Part shown: piece after piece, positions 1-14,759 of the stretch | How positions within the stretch are numbered: position 1 is the first letter of the stretch | Layout of the letters: every line of letters starts with the position of its first letter | Assembly: GCF_006345805.1 (NCBI RefSeq) | Contig: NC_043000.1 | Span: 92,008,001-92,072,000 of the forward strand | Reading direction: 5' to 3' | Length of the DNA: 64,000 nt | From: Octopus sinensis | Lineage: Eukaryota | Translations under genes and position numbers: made by a program | The notes under the pieces: model-generated | What the model was told of the DNA's origin: nothing | Databases searched by the model: none | Seen by the model: the letters and a program-made list of their open reading frames with translations, nothing else

Positions 1-229
1 TACAGTAGAGGGGAAAAAATGTAACAGGTAACTGTGATAATTTGTTCTTGTAAAAATATCGCTTAACTACCAATTTACGTATTCTTGCAGTGTAAAAGCC
101 TTACAGATAATCTTTATGGTAAATCGTTCTCTCAAAAATATCAACTGCATATGTACCTATTTTCATAGAGAAGGGCTTTATAAGGGAACTCTATGGCAAG
201 TCATTCTCTCAAAAAAGCTATTTTACTGC

Positions 230-3200
230 CAGTGGCGGATCTACTATAAAACTAATGAAGCTTAAGCTTCCCTGAAGTTACTTAGTTTTTTTTTTTTTAC
301 TTTGCCATGCAGATTGCTGTTACCAGCCTTAGTGGATAACGTCATCTCGTACTCCTGCGCATAGAATAGGCACGCAGTGTCTAGCCACGTGTTGTTCCAC
401 CCGCTGTTTCTGCCGGTGTGGAGTAGTATAAAAAATAAAGGTACAAATAGCTCGCAGATAATTCGCTTTTCTTGAATATTTTGGAAACTTTAGCCCTGCC
501 CCTCTTACAATCTGTTCAGGAACAAAGCATTTTTTCTACTACAAAAATTGTTTGAATATCACCTTGTACAAAATAAACAATTCTTCATTTATCACTATAT
601 ATTAAGTTGTGGATCCTTATCTTGATCGATCTCTGTCTTGCTGTAGCTAATGAAAATATTAACCCTTTTTTTTTCACAGAGGTCTAGGCCTCAAGAGGAA
701 TAGCAATGTCTTCAAGAAAGTACTTAAGCGGAAACGCCAATTCAAGGAAAAGCAATCTAATGAAATTTCTAAATGTCAAAAACTATCAAAATATTTTACA
801 ATGTCAAGTAAAAGTTTCTCATCACCTGCAACTGAAACAAGTCGTGCAAGTACCAGTGAAGTCAATGATAGTGCAAAAACCATGAGGACTCTGTTTAGTA
901 ATAATCAACCTACTGTTGACACTTTTGGTGCAGATAATGACCATAGTGGTCAAGAATTTCAAGAAAAGAGAACAGAAAGAGGAAGCAAATTTAGTGGTTT
1001 TAAAGAATACAGTGACCAGGAAAACTGGCCCGTAATAATTAATAATGATTTCATACAAAACCGTTTAATGCAAAACATCAGATTTCAAAATATAAAAAAA
1101 ACAGTTAATGTATATACTGAATCGAACAAGATTTACAAACAGCAAAATCGAAGTTTCTCGAACAAGTACTTTGAAAAGAGATTGTAAAATGGTCAGACTG
1201 TGATGAGATCCTGGTTAGATTACTCAAAGAGCAAAGGCTGTAATAATATTTTGTTTGCAAACTCTTTTCTAAATGCCAAATATCACTTACAACGGATGGG
1301 TTTTCTGATCGGATGAATATATTCAGAACTCTAGAAAATCATGAAGACAGCATGGAAAATAACAAGGCAATGTTGAGCTGGCTAACACGAAAGTCAAATA
1401 AAAACACTGCGGATCAGCAACTTGAGGAACAGTTGAGAAAAACATGCAGCACTACTTTGAAGTACTAAAAAGAGTTGTAGCAATTATAAAGTATTAAGTG
1501 GAAGGGGTTTAGCATTTAGAGGTCATGTGGAAAAGGGGAGCTCCCTAAACAATGGAAATTTCATGGAGGCCATTGAGCTTATTGTGGAGTTTAACCCATT
1601 TTTACATGAACATTTAGTGAAATGTAAAAATGAAAAAGTAAATATTACCTATCCAAATCTGTGTATGAAGAATTGATAGAAATCATGGGAAAACATGTGA
1701 AAAATGAAGTGGTGAATCAGATCAACAACCTAGACATCAAATACTACTCAATTATAGTTAACTCCACACCTGACGTGACACATGCTGACCAACTGATAAT
1801 TGTGGTTCGATACTGTTATAAGGGAAAGCCCCATGAGAGATTTTTAGCATTTTTGCCAATAAAAAATCATTCATCCATGTCCTTGTTAAACAAAATAACA
1901 CGATTCCTGAGGGAGCATAAGCTTTCACTTGAAAATATCCATGGTCAGTCGTACAATAATGCTTCCAGCATGAAGGGCTCGGAGAAAGGGTTGCATTCTT
2001 TAAATTATTAACAGGTATGCTGACTATGTACCATATGCAAGCCATTCGCTCAACCTTGTTGGAGAAAAAGCAGTGTCTGCTGTACATGAAGTTGTTGACT
2101 ATTTTGGCAGCAGCTGTATGCTTTCTTTTCTGAATCTCCTCGAAGATAGGGGATTTTAAACACACAGGGCAATCTAGCCTTTTCTCTAAAGAGCTTAAGT
2201 ATAAGTTAATGGGAAATTAAAAATGGACATAAGGATATTTTACAAACTTTCAAACATGTTTGAAGACTCAGAAGGGAAGCCTGAATGTAAGCGAGATGCA
2301 AAGAATTTATTCCACAAGTTGGTAAAATTGGTATATGCTGTTTTAGCAGTCACTTAGGAAGAGGTTATGGAGCATTTTAACAAAACAAGTAAAAAAACCC
2401 CCAAATTCCTGGTTCTGATGTATTTGAAGGTTACCTTCTTTGCTTTCATTTGTTAAAGAACTACGAGAAAATTCAGCCAACAGGATTGCACATATGAATC
2501 AATAGCAAAAGGTTTATGTGAATATGACCTCAAATTATTCTGATATTTCCAAACGCATTGTTATAAAGAAATTTACAGATGGAAGAAGTGATAGGGCTTC
2601 ATCGAAAGGAGCTGAAAAATTTAGGGTAGAAGTTCTAAATCAAGTCTATGACTGCTTGATAATTCAGTTAAGCAAGAGAATGGACCCATATGAGCAGATT
2701 GCGAAAAGGTTCAAGCTGCTCTCAGAATTTATGAGCAATTCAGAACTTGACGAGGATAGTATCGAACTTATAATATCGCATTACAAAGACAAAATTGACC
2801 ACAAATTAATAAATGATTGTTATCAGTTCAAAAGAGTATTTACACCTTAGGAAATCCCTGAACACAGAAGAAAACACACCGTCTAGAATGCAATGCACAA
2901 AAGTTCTTTAGCTTATTGTTAAGCAACCATTAATTGAAGAGTTCCCTAATATTACCACTGCAATTAAGCTGTATTTGACAATACTTATCACGAACTGTGA
3001 AGCAGAAAGGAATTTCTTAAAGCTTTGTTTTATAAAGAATACATTTCGGTCTACCATGACTGAAGGGCACTTAAATTCCTTGTGCATATTGTCACTAGAA
3101 TATGAAATTGCAAGGAAGCTCTCATATGACAAAACTCTAAGGAAATACATTGCTACAAAGAACAGAAAAACAAGTATTTTGTAATTTTCCTATGTATCTT

Positions 3201-3692
3201 AAATATAAGATTAATATTAGATTATATTAACTGTGGTATTTATTATGTTTTATGTCTTTATCCTATGATGTATTATGCATGTATATAATGCTTCCCTAAT
3301 ATTCAACTCCCATAACTCTAAAAGTATAAGGCATAGCCTGGAAATTTTTTGTTCACACCAGTGACATTAACAAACACAATCTGAAATGTAGTGCTTAAAT
3401 TTGTAAAGAAAATTGTGGTGATCTGCCTTGGAACAACCACATTGACAAAGATATCGGTGATTACCCACACCTTGTTTCAGGTGGGGAGAGGACTCACTGT
3501 CAGACTCATCTTTAAGGACTCCACATCACCACTCCACCATTTGGGCTAACAGGGCCTCAAGACTGAAGATCCTTGCAAGAGCACGAAAAATTTTTGAATC
3601 TTATTGGATGTTATGCTACTGTTGCTAGCTTTAAAAGCCCCCCCCCATAACATTTTTAACTTCAGGGCCCCAATATTGTAGATTTGCCACTG
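230..3692 (+). mobile_element. Full-length decayed hAT-superfamily DNA transposon (ZMYM1/Tip100-like)
   Basis: 15-bp TIRs cagtggcggatctac (230-244) and gtagatttgccactg (3678-3692), 13/15 match. Perfect 8-bp TSD tttactgc at 222-229 and 3693-3700. Transposase fragments lie inside. Confidence 0.95.
706..3184 (+). pseudogene. hAT transposase pseudogene (multiple stops and frameshifts)
   Basis: Motifs YYSIIVNSTPDVTHADQLIIVVRY..ERFLAF, GQSYNNASSMKG, YVPYASHSLNLV, and the C-terminal dimerisation domain FPNITTAIKLYLTILITNCEAERNFLKLCFIKNTFRSTM, spread over several frames. Confidence 0.9.
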
Positions 3693-3828
3693 TTTACTGC
3701 ATATATATATATATATATATATACACGTCTTTGCTTGTATGTACGCAGTGAAGCTATTCAATAGCATTGTATTTATATCGATTGCTATTTTCTGGTAAAT
3801 ATTGGTGCCTTGTACCATTTATCTACTT

Positions 3829-3887
<59 letters not shown>

Positions 3888-4340
3888 TCAAACAGAATTA
3901 TATCCTTTGCAATGTGAAGCGTCAATGTGTAATGCAAACATTTTATATAATCATGAATGAATTCATACAAGAAAGAAGATACAACAGTATGATAACAATC
4001 TACAATCACAATTTAATATAACCAAAGTTATATTTACATTTGTAAGAAAACTTACCACTGTGGAATGCAAAAGAGAAGAGAAATATCCCTAAAACAATCC
4101 CAAACCCCTATTTTTCAGATTATTCGTATATCCTTGATCTAACGTATTTCCAAAGAGAACGAGAGACATCATTGATTTATTTGAGATTGTGGGTAAATAT
4201 CTGATAAATATAATCTCATAATTCTGCGATAACATCACTATACAGTTATTATGATTAGAATAAATACACAAACCATAAAGAATATTTCGTCAAGACATAG
4301 TGGAGTATATATATATGACATCTTGTGTACTTATACATAT

Positions 4341-4375
<35 letters not shown>

Positions 4376-4949
4376 TGTGTGTGTGTGTGTTTGCATGTGT
4401 GTATATGTAGGGATGCATTCTCTGGGATGACAAGGCCGTTGAGCGAAACAGCATATATTATGTTGGACATACAGTTATGTATTAAACATTATACACACAT
4501 ATATAAATATAGGTGTATGTAAGTGTAGAGTCGTGTGTGTGTATGCGAGTATATGTGTATGTGTGTGTGCATGCATTACTTGTACACACATATTATTTGG
4601 TGCATTTTTTGTATAAGTTTGAAATTTATTGTATGCATCCTGTCAAGAGAATGATTCTGTTTTTGGCAAAGTTTATGTAATTTTATTCATTCCTTTTATT
4701 TTTAGGCTAAACAAATGATATATTGCAATGTCTTCAACCCTTAAACAGTTGATAGCACTTCTCTTCAACTTGTCTTTGTTTTGTCTTTGAACTAATTTCT
4801 TGGTACTTTTAACTGCAGGTTTCTCACACTGTAGCTGACCGAAGGGACCCCTACATTGGAGATACAAATCAGACATGTATCCCACGTGTCCAGTGTCTAT
4901 TATATTGGGAATTCAGTGCTGCTGGGGTTGATCTGATTTAGTTATTTCT

Positions 4950-5165
4950 TATTTCTTTATTGCCACAAGTGGCCAAACAATAACAGACAAATGGATCAAG
5001 TCGATTACATCGACCCCAGTGCGTAACTGGTACTTAATTTATCGAACCCGAAAGGATGAAAGGCAAAGTCGACCTCGGCGGAATTTGAACTCTGAACGCA
5101 GCGGCGGACGAAATACCACAAAGCATTTCGCCCGGCGTGCTACCGTTTCTGCCAGCTCGCCGCCT
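4950..5165 (-). mobile_element. tRNA-derived SINE, family B (central GCCTTTCATCCTTTCGGG.TCGATAAATTAAGTACCAG domain, Meta/MESC-like)
   Basis: The minus strand starts aggcggcgagctggcagaaacggtagcacgccgggcg (A box) with gagttcaaattcc (B box). The same family recurs at 23545, 44905 and 53222. Confidence 0.85.
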
Positions 5166-5464
5166 TAATTTTTGTATACTTAATTTCATGACACTAAGTG
5201 ATTGAAAAAATATTCTAGGGAATAAGGGTGGTTAAAAACCTTCATGCAATATGTTTTATATCTTGTGTTCTTGAATTAGAGCAGACATATATTGCCCTAC
5301 ACACATACACATTAATATCTGTAATTCTGCTATCACCCTCTCTTCACAGTTTTGATAGTAAACATTGTTCAGCATATGGTCATGCTCTCTACTTCTGTTG
5401 TTTATTCATGATGTTGGATTAAACTTAAAACAACATCACAACTCTTTTCCCTTCTTTAAAATTT

Positions 5465-5860
5465 TTGATGAAGGACAAATTTCTGAAACGTACAACTCTT
5501 CATTGTTTTATCTTTTCAGTGTAAAATAAACTACTTTGTACTCCTTGATGAAGAACAAGTTTCTGAAACGTACAACTCTGCATTGTTTTATCTTTTCAGT
5601 GTAAAATAAACTACTTTGTACTCCTTGATGAAGGACAAGTTTCTGAAACGTACAACTCTTCATTGTTTTATCTTTTCAGTGTAAAATAAACTACTTTGTA
5701 CTCCTTGATGAAGGACAAGTTTCTGAAACGTACAACTCTTCATTGTTTTATCTTTTCAGTGTAAAATAAACTACTTTGTACTCCTTGATGAAGGACAAGC
5801 TTCTGAAACGTACAACTCTGCATTGTTTTATCTTTTCAGTGTAAAATAAACTACTTTGTA
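5465..5860 (+). repeat. Tandem array of about five 80-bp units with an HHR-like TTGATGA..GAAAC motif
   Basis: The unit ttgatgaaggacaagtttctgaaacgtacaactc...ctactttgtactcc starts at 5465, 5545, 5625, 5705 and 5785 with only a few substitutions. Confidence 0.95.
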
Positions 5861-5964
5861 GTTTTTTAAATCAGAATGCAAAGAATTCCAATGATTTGGC
5901 AGAGTCGTTAGAGACTCAGAGTGTTTCACAGTTTTTGTTCCTACACTGTGTATATATATATATA

Positions 5965-6124
<160 letters not shown>

Positions 6125-6152
6125 ATATATATGTATATATTATATATTATAT

Positions 6153-6214
<62 letters not shown>

Positions 6215-6227
6215 TATATATATATAT

Positions 6228-6381
6228 ACGACAGGCTTCTTTCAGTTTCCGTCTACCAAATCCACTCACAAGGCTTTGGTCGGCAGGAGACTATAGTAGA
6301 AGACACTTGCCCAAAGTGCTATGCAGTGGAACTGAACCTGGGACCATGTGGTTGGTAAGCAAGCTTCTTACCACACAGCCA
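6228..6381 (-). mobile_element. CORE-like tRNA SINE, family A, 5' portion
   Basis: Reverse complement of ggctgtgtggtaag..gttcagttccactgc..cttgggcaagtgtcttctactatag; matches the copy at 7129. Confidence 0.85.
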
Positions 6382-7128
6382 ACAAATAAGAAAATAAGAT
6401 GGCAAAGGAATAAACGATTATCTTATGAAGTTCATTAACCTACAGCTGCTTCTGTTATAAGATGCAGGGGACACATTGTTGAGTGCCTGAGTAACATCTT
6501 ATAGCTTCATTGGCGTCTCGAATATGAAGTGCAATACATACATATTTGTGTGTTTGTGTGTGGTAGTTGGGTCCTGTGGGGAGTGGGAAAGAAAGAGAAA
6601 AAGACAGGGGTCTTATTGAATATAAGGAATATTTATTAGTGTGAGATGATAGTGTTTGGGTTGTGCCTGAGAACAATTATACCTTATAAGTCACAACTGA
6701 GAAGATTGCATGCGTATGAGAGATATAGTGTGAGAGATACAATGTGAGAGATACAGTGTGTGTGCATGTGTGTATGTGCATGAATAAAGCATAATAGTGT
6801 GTATGTGTGTGCCTGTGCGAAAGAGGTTAAGTGTGTGTGTACATAAATTAGGTGTCAAAGAGTACAAAAGATATATACTTGTGTTGGGTTGTTAAGGGTG
6901 GCAGTTTTCCTAAACAATACAAGGAGACTGTTGTTAATCTCAGTTAAGAAGGTTATATTACGATTAGATATTAACTATTGTTTATGCTGCAAGTTGGAGA
7001 CCGGTGATCCATGGAATAGAATAGCAACAGAGATGGTGACACATAATTAAGGTGGTCATGTTAGCTGGTAGATGAGCTACAAGCCACAGGGATCTCTTGC
7101 TGTTACATTGAACTCTTAAAAATTGCTT

Positions 7129-7321
7129 AGGAGTGACTGTGTAGTAAGTTGCTTGCTTACCAACCACATGGTTCTGGGTTCAGTCCCACTGCGTGGCACC
7201 TTGGGCAAATGTCTTCTACAATAGCCTCGGGATGACCAAAGCCTTGTGAGTGGATTTGGTAGACGGAAACTGAAAGAAGCCCATCATGTATATGTATATA
7301 TATATATATATATGTGTGTGT

Positions 7322-7367
<46 letters not shown>

Positions 7368-7653
7368 TGTGTATGTATGTATGTATGTATGTATGTATGT
7401 ATGTATGTATGTATGTATGTATGTATGTGCGTGTGTGTATATGTTTGTGTTTCTGTGTTTGTCCTCCCAACATCGTTTGACAACCGATGCTGGTGTGTTT
7501 ACATCTCTGTAACTTAGTGGTTCGGCAAAAGAGACCAAAAGAATAAGTACTAGGCTTCCAAAGAATAAGTCCTGGGGTCGATTTGCTCGACTAAAGGCAG
7601 TGCTCCAGCATGGCCACAGTCAAATGACTAAAACAAGTAAAAGAGTAAAAGAA
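7129..7653 (+). mobile_element. CORE-like tRNA SINE, family A, full length with internal (TA)/(TG)/(TATG) microsatellite
   Basis: tRNA-like head, CORE-like ccttgggcaa, internal SSR, and a tail ending aaacaagtaaaagagtaaaag. Confidence 0.9.
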
Positions 7654-7781
7654 TATGTCAGTCACAGACTTCTTTTCCAATATACAATTTCTAAATGCTT
7701 AACTTACATAAAATACAATAGTACTGCACATTGATAAAACTGGATGGAGATTGACGGATCGTGAAAGAGACCCTTCTTGAG

Positions 7782-8131
7782 CAGTGGTTCTCAGCTGAGG
7801 TCAATATGGCCCTAGACGGTCCATATAAGATTTTGTGGGGTCCACGCAACAAAATAGTAAATTGAGAATCCACAATAGTGTTTTAAGGGCCGCTGAAAAA
7901 TTTTTACTTCAGATATATGTAATCGTATGTATTGCAAGAAACAGCTAGGTTTCTTTCTCTGACATTTTGCATAGTTCCACCCTCACAAGTTAATGTGTGA
8001 AAAACGAAACAGGAATTTTGAAAGGAGTTTCTATAAAACTAGTTTTTAAATATCAAATGGTTATGGGGGTCCACCAGAATAAAATAGTAATTAAAAGGGC
8101 CCTTAAGCAAAAAAATGTTTGAGAACTCCTG
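7782..8131. mobile_element. hAT/Charlie-type MITE
   Basis: TIRs cagtggttctca / tgagaactcctg. 8-bp TSD ttcttgag (7774-7781) vs ttctagag (8132-8139), matching the NTCTAGAN target preference of Charlie elements. Confidence 0.85.
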
Positions 8132-8643
8132 TTCTAGAGGGTCGATATAAGAACATCAATTCACCTCATGCTGTAATTTGTTTCAATTTTCCTAGCTGTA
8201 TCGCCACATACCTGCATTTCATTGTCTATGTTTTCACTTCATACCATGGATCCCCTATATCCTGCTAGCACCATAAACAATAGTTAATTCATCACCATGT
8301 GTGTTGTGCTACATTCTAGCTGTCATGTTGTTTTTAAACTGTTTTATAATATCACAAAACAATAAAATTATATAGTTGACTCTCAAAAATTTGAACTCGG
8401 AATATAGAGAGAAGTAAACAAATTTCGCAAAAATATATAATCTTGATGCCTGAGGAAATGTAATATTTTCAGTATTATTTGAAACATAAATTTGAGCTTT
8501 TGATACTTTTGCCATTTTTTAATGTTACTGTTTTTGTTTTGCCTTCGCCATTGTGTTCCAAGTGTTTCATGTGTAGGATTTGTTATTAAATAAAACTATT
8601 CAAACTAATTATATAACTATATATATACTTATGTATATAGATA

Positions 8644-8681
<38 letters not shown>

Positions 8682-8727
8682 GGTGTATATATATGTATAT
8701 ATATATATATAAATGTATATGTATATA

Positions 8728-8760
<33 letters not shown>

Positions 8761-9282
8761 ATATGTATGTATGTATATATGTGTGTGTGTAGGTTTGTGC
8801 ATATAAATATATGTATATGAATATATATGATATATATATATATATATATAATATGTGTGTATATGCATATATAGAGAGATAGATGATAGATATATATATA
8901 CATACATATATGCACACACAATGTATCTTTACATATGCAAGCATATATTCAATTACACAGACACACTTGTATGCATAGATGCACACAATGTGTGTTTATT
9001 TAAGTGTGTGCATGTGTGTTGTGTATACATGCTGTGTATGTGTTTGCTTTTATTTTGTAATAACTACAAAATATTAAATTGTGGTGCAGCGCCAATAATG
9101 TATGCCAGCAGAGAATGGATTTGAATTTTTTTTTTTCTAAATATAGAACAGTTGGTAAGGAAAGATTTCCCTGAGCTGAGGTCAATGCTGTTCTGACCAG
9201 CCGACGCTTAACAGCAAGATGATTTAGACTTTAGACTGGCCATAAATGTTTACATATATACATACGTACATACACACATATT

Positions 9283-9319
<37 letters not shown>

Positions 9320-10854
9320 AAAATTATAATTTTATTTATATCTAAGTCTATATATCTATATCGATATGTATATATATTTATTTGTATGTCCAAGCTTATA
9401 TAGATATCTATATGCATCTGTATCTATATAAATATATCTATCTATCTATATAAAATATATATTGTATATATATATATACAATACCACACACACACATATA
9501 TGTATTTATATATATATATAAATAGATGCATACAATAAATATATAGACATATGTATATATACATATATATGTTTGTAAACAGGAAGTGATATAAATTGAT
9601 GCATACATACATACAAAATATATATATATTATATAAGTATATTATATATATATATCATATATATATATAAATATTACATATATATTTATATATGTATTAT
9701 ATATATATATATAATATATACATATATATTATATACATATATATATATATACATATTATATTATATATATAGGCGTATACATATATATATGTATATATAT
9801 TTATATTTATATATATATATTGAGAATGATAGTGTTTACCACAATGATACAGTTGGCAGGAGAGCTCAGCTCCAACAGAAAACATAACGGAAGTCAATAG
9901 TCAATATGAGATAGAGCTGTGTTTTAAACAGTGGCCTAGTACTGTGTTGGTGGTAGTTGTTGCAGACGTGGGAGGGCAGTGGCAGTAGTGGTAGTATTGG
10001 TTCTAGTATCGATGGTGAATTTGTAAGGGATGTAGGTGTAATTAATGTTGTGGTTGCTGTTGCTGCTAGTTTGTTGGAGGTCGACCCTGTTGGATCCATG
10101 TTATGATCAAAAGTATTCTTATGACCATCCTACCTTTGTTATGTTTGCATGTGATCCTGGTTTGTTTGGTGATCCAATGAGATCCTTTGGAAAATGGCAA
10201 GGTGTAATCTTTGAGAGATTTAGTTGCTGTATCTAGCAGCTAGAATAGCTATGTAGAGGATTCTCTTGCTTGTAGTGCTATGAAAGTGTGGTTTTATTTT
10301 GAATGAAATCAGTATTGGCAAAAGTGAACTACCCCATTGGAAAGAGCATGGGTTAAGAGATAGATAGATGGAGAGAGGGAAAGTGAGAACAGAGATGATA
10401 GAAAGAAACAGACAAGCAGAGAGACAGACAGTCAAATAACTACAGAGAGACAGAAAGAGAGAGAGAGAGATGATAGAGACAAACAGACAAAGCAAGGCAG
10501 AGAGAGCAAAAGAGAGAAAAGGGACAGGCAGAGACAGAAACAGAGAAAGACAGAGAGAGGAAGACGGGTTTAAAAAAGAAAGAGGGGAGAGGAAGTGAGA
10601 ATGAACGCAATAAATAAGTAAATAAAGAAAGAAAGAAAGAAAAAAGAAGGAAAGAAAAAGTAAAAAAGAAACTGTAAAAAAGAAAGAAGGAAAGAGGTAT
10701 TTTAATACAGAACAAATCCAGAGTGTTGTGTTGCTACAAAACTTTCTTTTTGGACCGTTCCCTTGCACTTTGTCTCACCTCCATCATCAAAATTGCAACA
10801 CATACACATAAATATATTCATACATTCACACATATATATATATGTATATATATA

Positions 10855-11020
<166 letters not shown>

Positions 11021-12176
11021 GACCGAAGTACATACATGTATGAACATATACGCACACATGGCTATAGACAGGCTTGTACACATTTTGACCTCTATTTCTT
11101 CATCCAATAGCATAGATGCACACATACACACACATGCCAAATCATAAACATACAAATACACACACACACAGATACATCCACATATACACTTATTTAGTTT
11201 CAAACCATCACATACACATATAGAGGCATACATCCAGAATTCAATAATTTTATCCCATCCCATCACACACATACACATACATATATCCATCCTGTAGTTT
11301 TGTTTAAACACATAGATATATACATATACATACATCAAAACATACATATACATACACACATATAGATAAGTAAATATATATCTCTTATTATAATATATAT
11401 ATAAATATATATATACACACACACACACACACTTCTGTAGTCTCACAAACTCATATAAGAATGCACATACGTAAAAACACACATATATAAGCAAAGGCAC
11501 ACGTATGCATACTCAGATTTAGATATATACACACATCCAGACTAGTTTTACCCCACCTCATACACATACCTGCACACCCAGACTTTTGTAGTTCGATCCT
11601 GTTTACACGCACACACGCATGCACACACATTCATACACACAGACACACAAACACGTGTTTGTACATACATACACAAGCACTGCCCTTGTCTGCAGCCATC
11701 ATCTCCAATGAGCCTAACCAACCCCATCTGAACATCCGTCTACCCCTCCCTTTCTCTCACTTTCTCTCTCTCTCTTTCACTCTCTCTCTCTCTCTTTCGC
11801 TCACTCTCTTTCGCTCTCTCTCTCTCTCTCTTAATTAGGTTATCCAGACTCTCTGTAGAATCAGATAGAATCTCGGACAATTAATGATTTCTGCTGGTTT
11901 ATATACAAACACGAACTCATATTTTCACACACATTCCAACACACATATACACATACATATATTGATATATATATAGTACACACACACACACATATAATAT
12001 ATATGTATACATATATATATATACTATATATATTATATATATATACATATATATATATATTATATATATATATATACACACATATATATATACATATATT
12101 GATATATATATATATTTATATATTTTGTATATATATTATACATATATATATGATGTTAAACAATGATGATGATGAA

Positions 12177-12245
<69 letters not shown>

Positions 12246-12763
12246 ATAGATATATATACACAATATATTTATGTATATGTATCGTGTTGTTGGTGTTGTT
12301 TAGCCAAAGGCCAGCCCTGATCGAGCAGACTTTGTAAGTATTTATCTATTTTGTGTATGTCTGCAGATTTTTTATGTATATTCCTGTGTTTATGTGTTTG
12401 TGTAGGAGTATGAGAGTGTATGTGTATTTGTGTGTGTGGGAGGTATATCTGTGTATGTTGTATACATACATACATCCATTTAACAACACTTTTTATCACT
12501 TATCACTCTCATAGAAGTGTACATCTGTGTTTGTATATATGTATATATGCATATATATATGTGTGTGTGTTTGTATGAATGTATATATGTGTATATGTGT
12601 ATATATATATATATGTGTTTCTATATATACATGTGTGTGTATTATATATATATATCTGTGTGTGTGTTTAGTACGTTTGTATATACATATGTCATGGTTT
12701 GTATCTTCATAATGAATGTATAGTAATACACGTGCACATATGTATATGTGTAGCTTGTATAGA

Positions 12764-13630
12764 ACTATTGTTAACTGCTACAAAGGAAAAAATAGAAACA
12801 CTCCAGGAAGAAGTGACTATAGAAGCCTGAAACTGATGGACTGAGTTTAAAAAATGTTGTAGTACAACTAACTGGAGAGAAAAACGTTAGCTTAGATAAG
12901 TTTCAGAATTAGTGGTTCGACAGAGCATTAGTTATGCTCTCTAGTGAGGCAATGAGATGAAAATCACATAGTAAATAGCTAATCCCTATGTCTAACAATG
13001 ATTGACTTACAGAAATTCTATGACAGAGTCCCACTCTGCAGATCTTTGGTAATCACTAAGAAATCTAGTTAAGAAACATGTAGTTCATGAACTCGAATTT
13101 ACTAATTAAATTGGACATTAACCTTTAGCACACTGTAAGTGCACCATGACACCATATGAGTTTTCTCCCCTGTATTAACAGGGCAGTGGCAGAGGAAACA
13201 ATTCCAGAGAAAATGCAATGTGCTAAAGGTTAACAAACAACGAGCTAGGAGAGAGATGTGATATGAAGTTTGATAGCTATTAGGGCTTGGTTCTCAATAT
13301 TCCCTGGTTTATTGCATATATCTTGAGGTCTTAACAGATAATTTTAAGACTGACCAGCTTACAGATTATCTGACCTTAGTTTCATTGCTGAAACTTTTGT
13401 AGTTTTTGTCAGTAAGAGATTACAGATGGAAACGTTCTGTGGAGGAAGGATGATTTAGTCCTCATTGTTCAAATCAAGTGAAGTACACAGGCTAAAGAGC
13501 ACAACACACATGATACCCTGAAATAACTGCTGAAGACCAAAGAGTTTTCAGCATTACAAATGCATAGACATCATCAGGAGAAGAGTTTGCAATGTGATTG
13601 ACTAGCTTCTACAGTTTCTGTAAGGGGCAA
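12764..13630 (+). mobile_element. Highly decayed RTE-clade LINE reverse transcriptase fragment
   Basis: Residual motifs NCYKG, DYRSLKLMD and DLQKFYDRVP (vs the usual DLEKAFDRVP), with many stops. Confidence 0.75.
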
Positions 13631-13742
13631 AGTACTTTTAACATTTATTTCACCTTTTGAAGACTTGGATAAATTCCATATCAGTAAAGCCAAGATGTGA
13701 AAGGTCTCAAAGCAAACTTCATATACATATAAATATGTGTGC

Positions 13743-13796
<54 letters not shown>

Positions 13797-14625
13797 TATA
13801 GATAGAGATAGATAGATATATATATGATGATATATATATATATATTATATATATATATATATATATATTGTAAATTAGAAAAAAAACACCTTTTATCAAT
13901 TCAATAATGAAAATTAAATTATACCATTTAGAAAATTACATCTTATAGAAAGATTAAATATAATATAAAACATATAACTATGATTAATCAATGTGCAAAA
14001 TAAATTTATTTATTTATTTATTTATTTGATTTAGTATTTCTAAATTGAATTTTTAACCTGTAAATTTGGAATAATATTCCCTTATGTTATTATTATTATT
14101 ATTATATTATATTATTATTATTATTATCATCATATATATATATATATAAATTGACAGAATGAGATAAAAAATCCAAGGCTGTAAATAGTTTTCAGAACAT
14201 TTATAAAGAAAAGGTCTTACAGCTGTTTCCAGGATATTTTATATATCCCCTCATCAGAGACAGTGCAAGAAAGTGCTTCAGTGTTAAGTAATGTAGAGAA
14301 GATATGAAATACAGAGGGAAGTCAGAGAATAAAAATAGAAGTGAGATACATATAGATATTGAATTTGCAGTTCCCTTATTCGAGCAGAATGGTGTATATA
14401 AGTGGTGAAGAAGTTTCCTGTACCTTGTGTGAGAGTTCCAATGGTAGTCATATTTGGTCATTCCAAGCATAGAGCTTTGTAAACAGTGTTGTTCAATTGA
14501 GAGGTTTTTTGGTGTTAATTAAAATTTGGGAATGTGTTCGTTATATTAATGGATAGATGGCGGGAGGAGAAATGTGTATGATTATAAATAGGTCATAAAG
14601 ATATATATATATAAAGATATCTATA

Positions 14626-14692
<67 letters not shown>

Positions 14693-14759
14693 GTATATGT
14701 ATATATATATAAAGAGAGAGAGAGAGAGAGAAAGAAAGATATATATGTGTGAGTGTATA

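Noticed and set aside
4673-4900. Minus-strand ORF (SDLYLQCRGPFGQLQCEK..) as a host exon
   Set aside because: No recognisable domain and no convincing donor; a competing plus-strand acceptor leads to stops in all frames.
5465-5860. CRISPR-like array
   Set aside because: Units are identical end to end with no variable spacers, the context is eukaryotic, and there are no cas genes.
7129-7215. tRNA genes at SINE heads
   Set aside because: A/B boxes are present but there is no complete cloverleaf, and they continue into repeated SINE bodies.
9866-10130. S/T/P-rich minus-strand ORF (MDPTGSTSNK..)
   Set aside because: Low complexity, no clear splice signals or homology recognisable by eye.
14201-14470. 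Hydrophobic ORF resembling a GPCR TM6 (LLFLFSDFP)
   Set aside because: The hydrophobic stretch is a polypyrimidine tract and no other TM segments are nearby. At most a 55-nt exon (14221-14275, AAG acceptor, gtaaga donor) is possible but unsupported.
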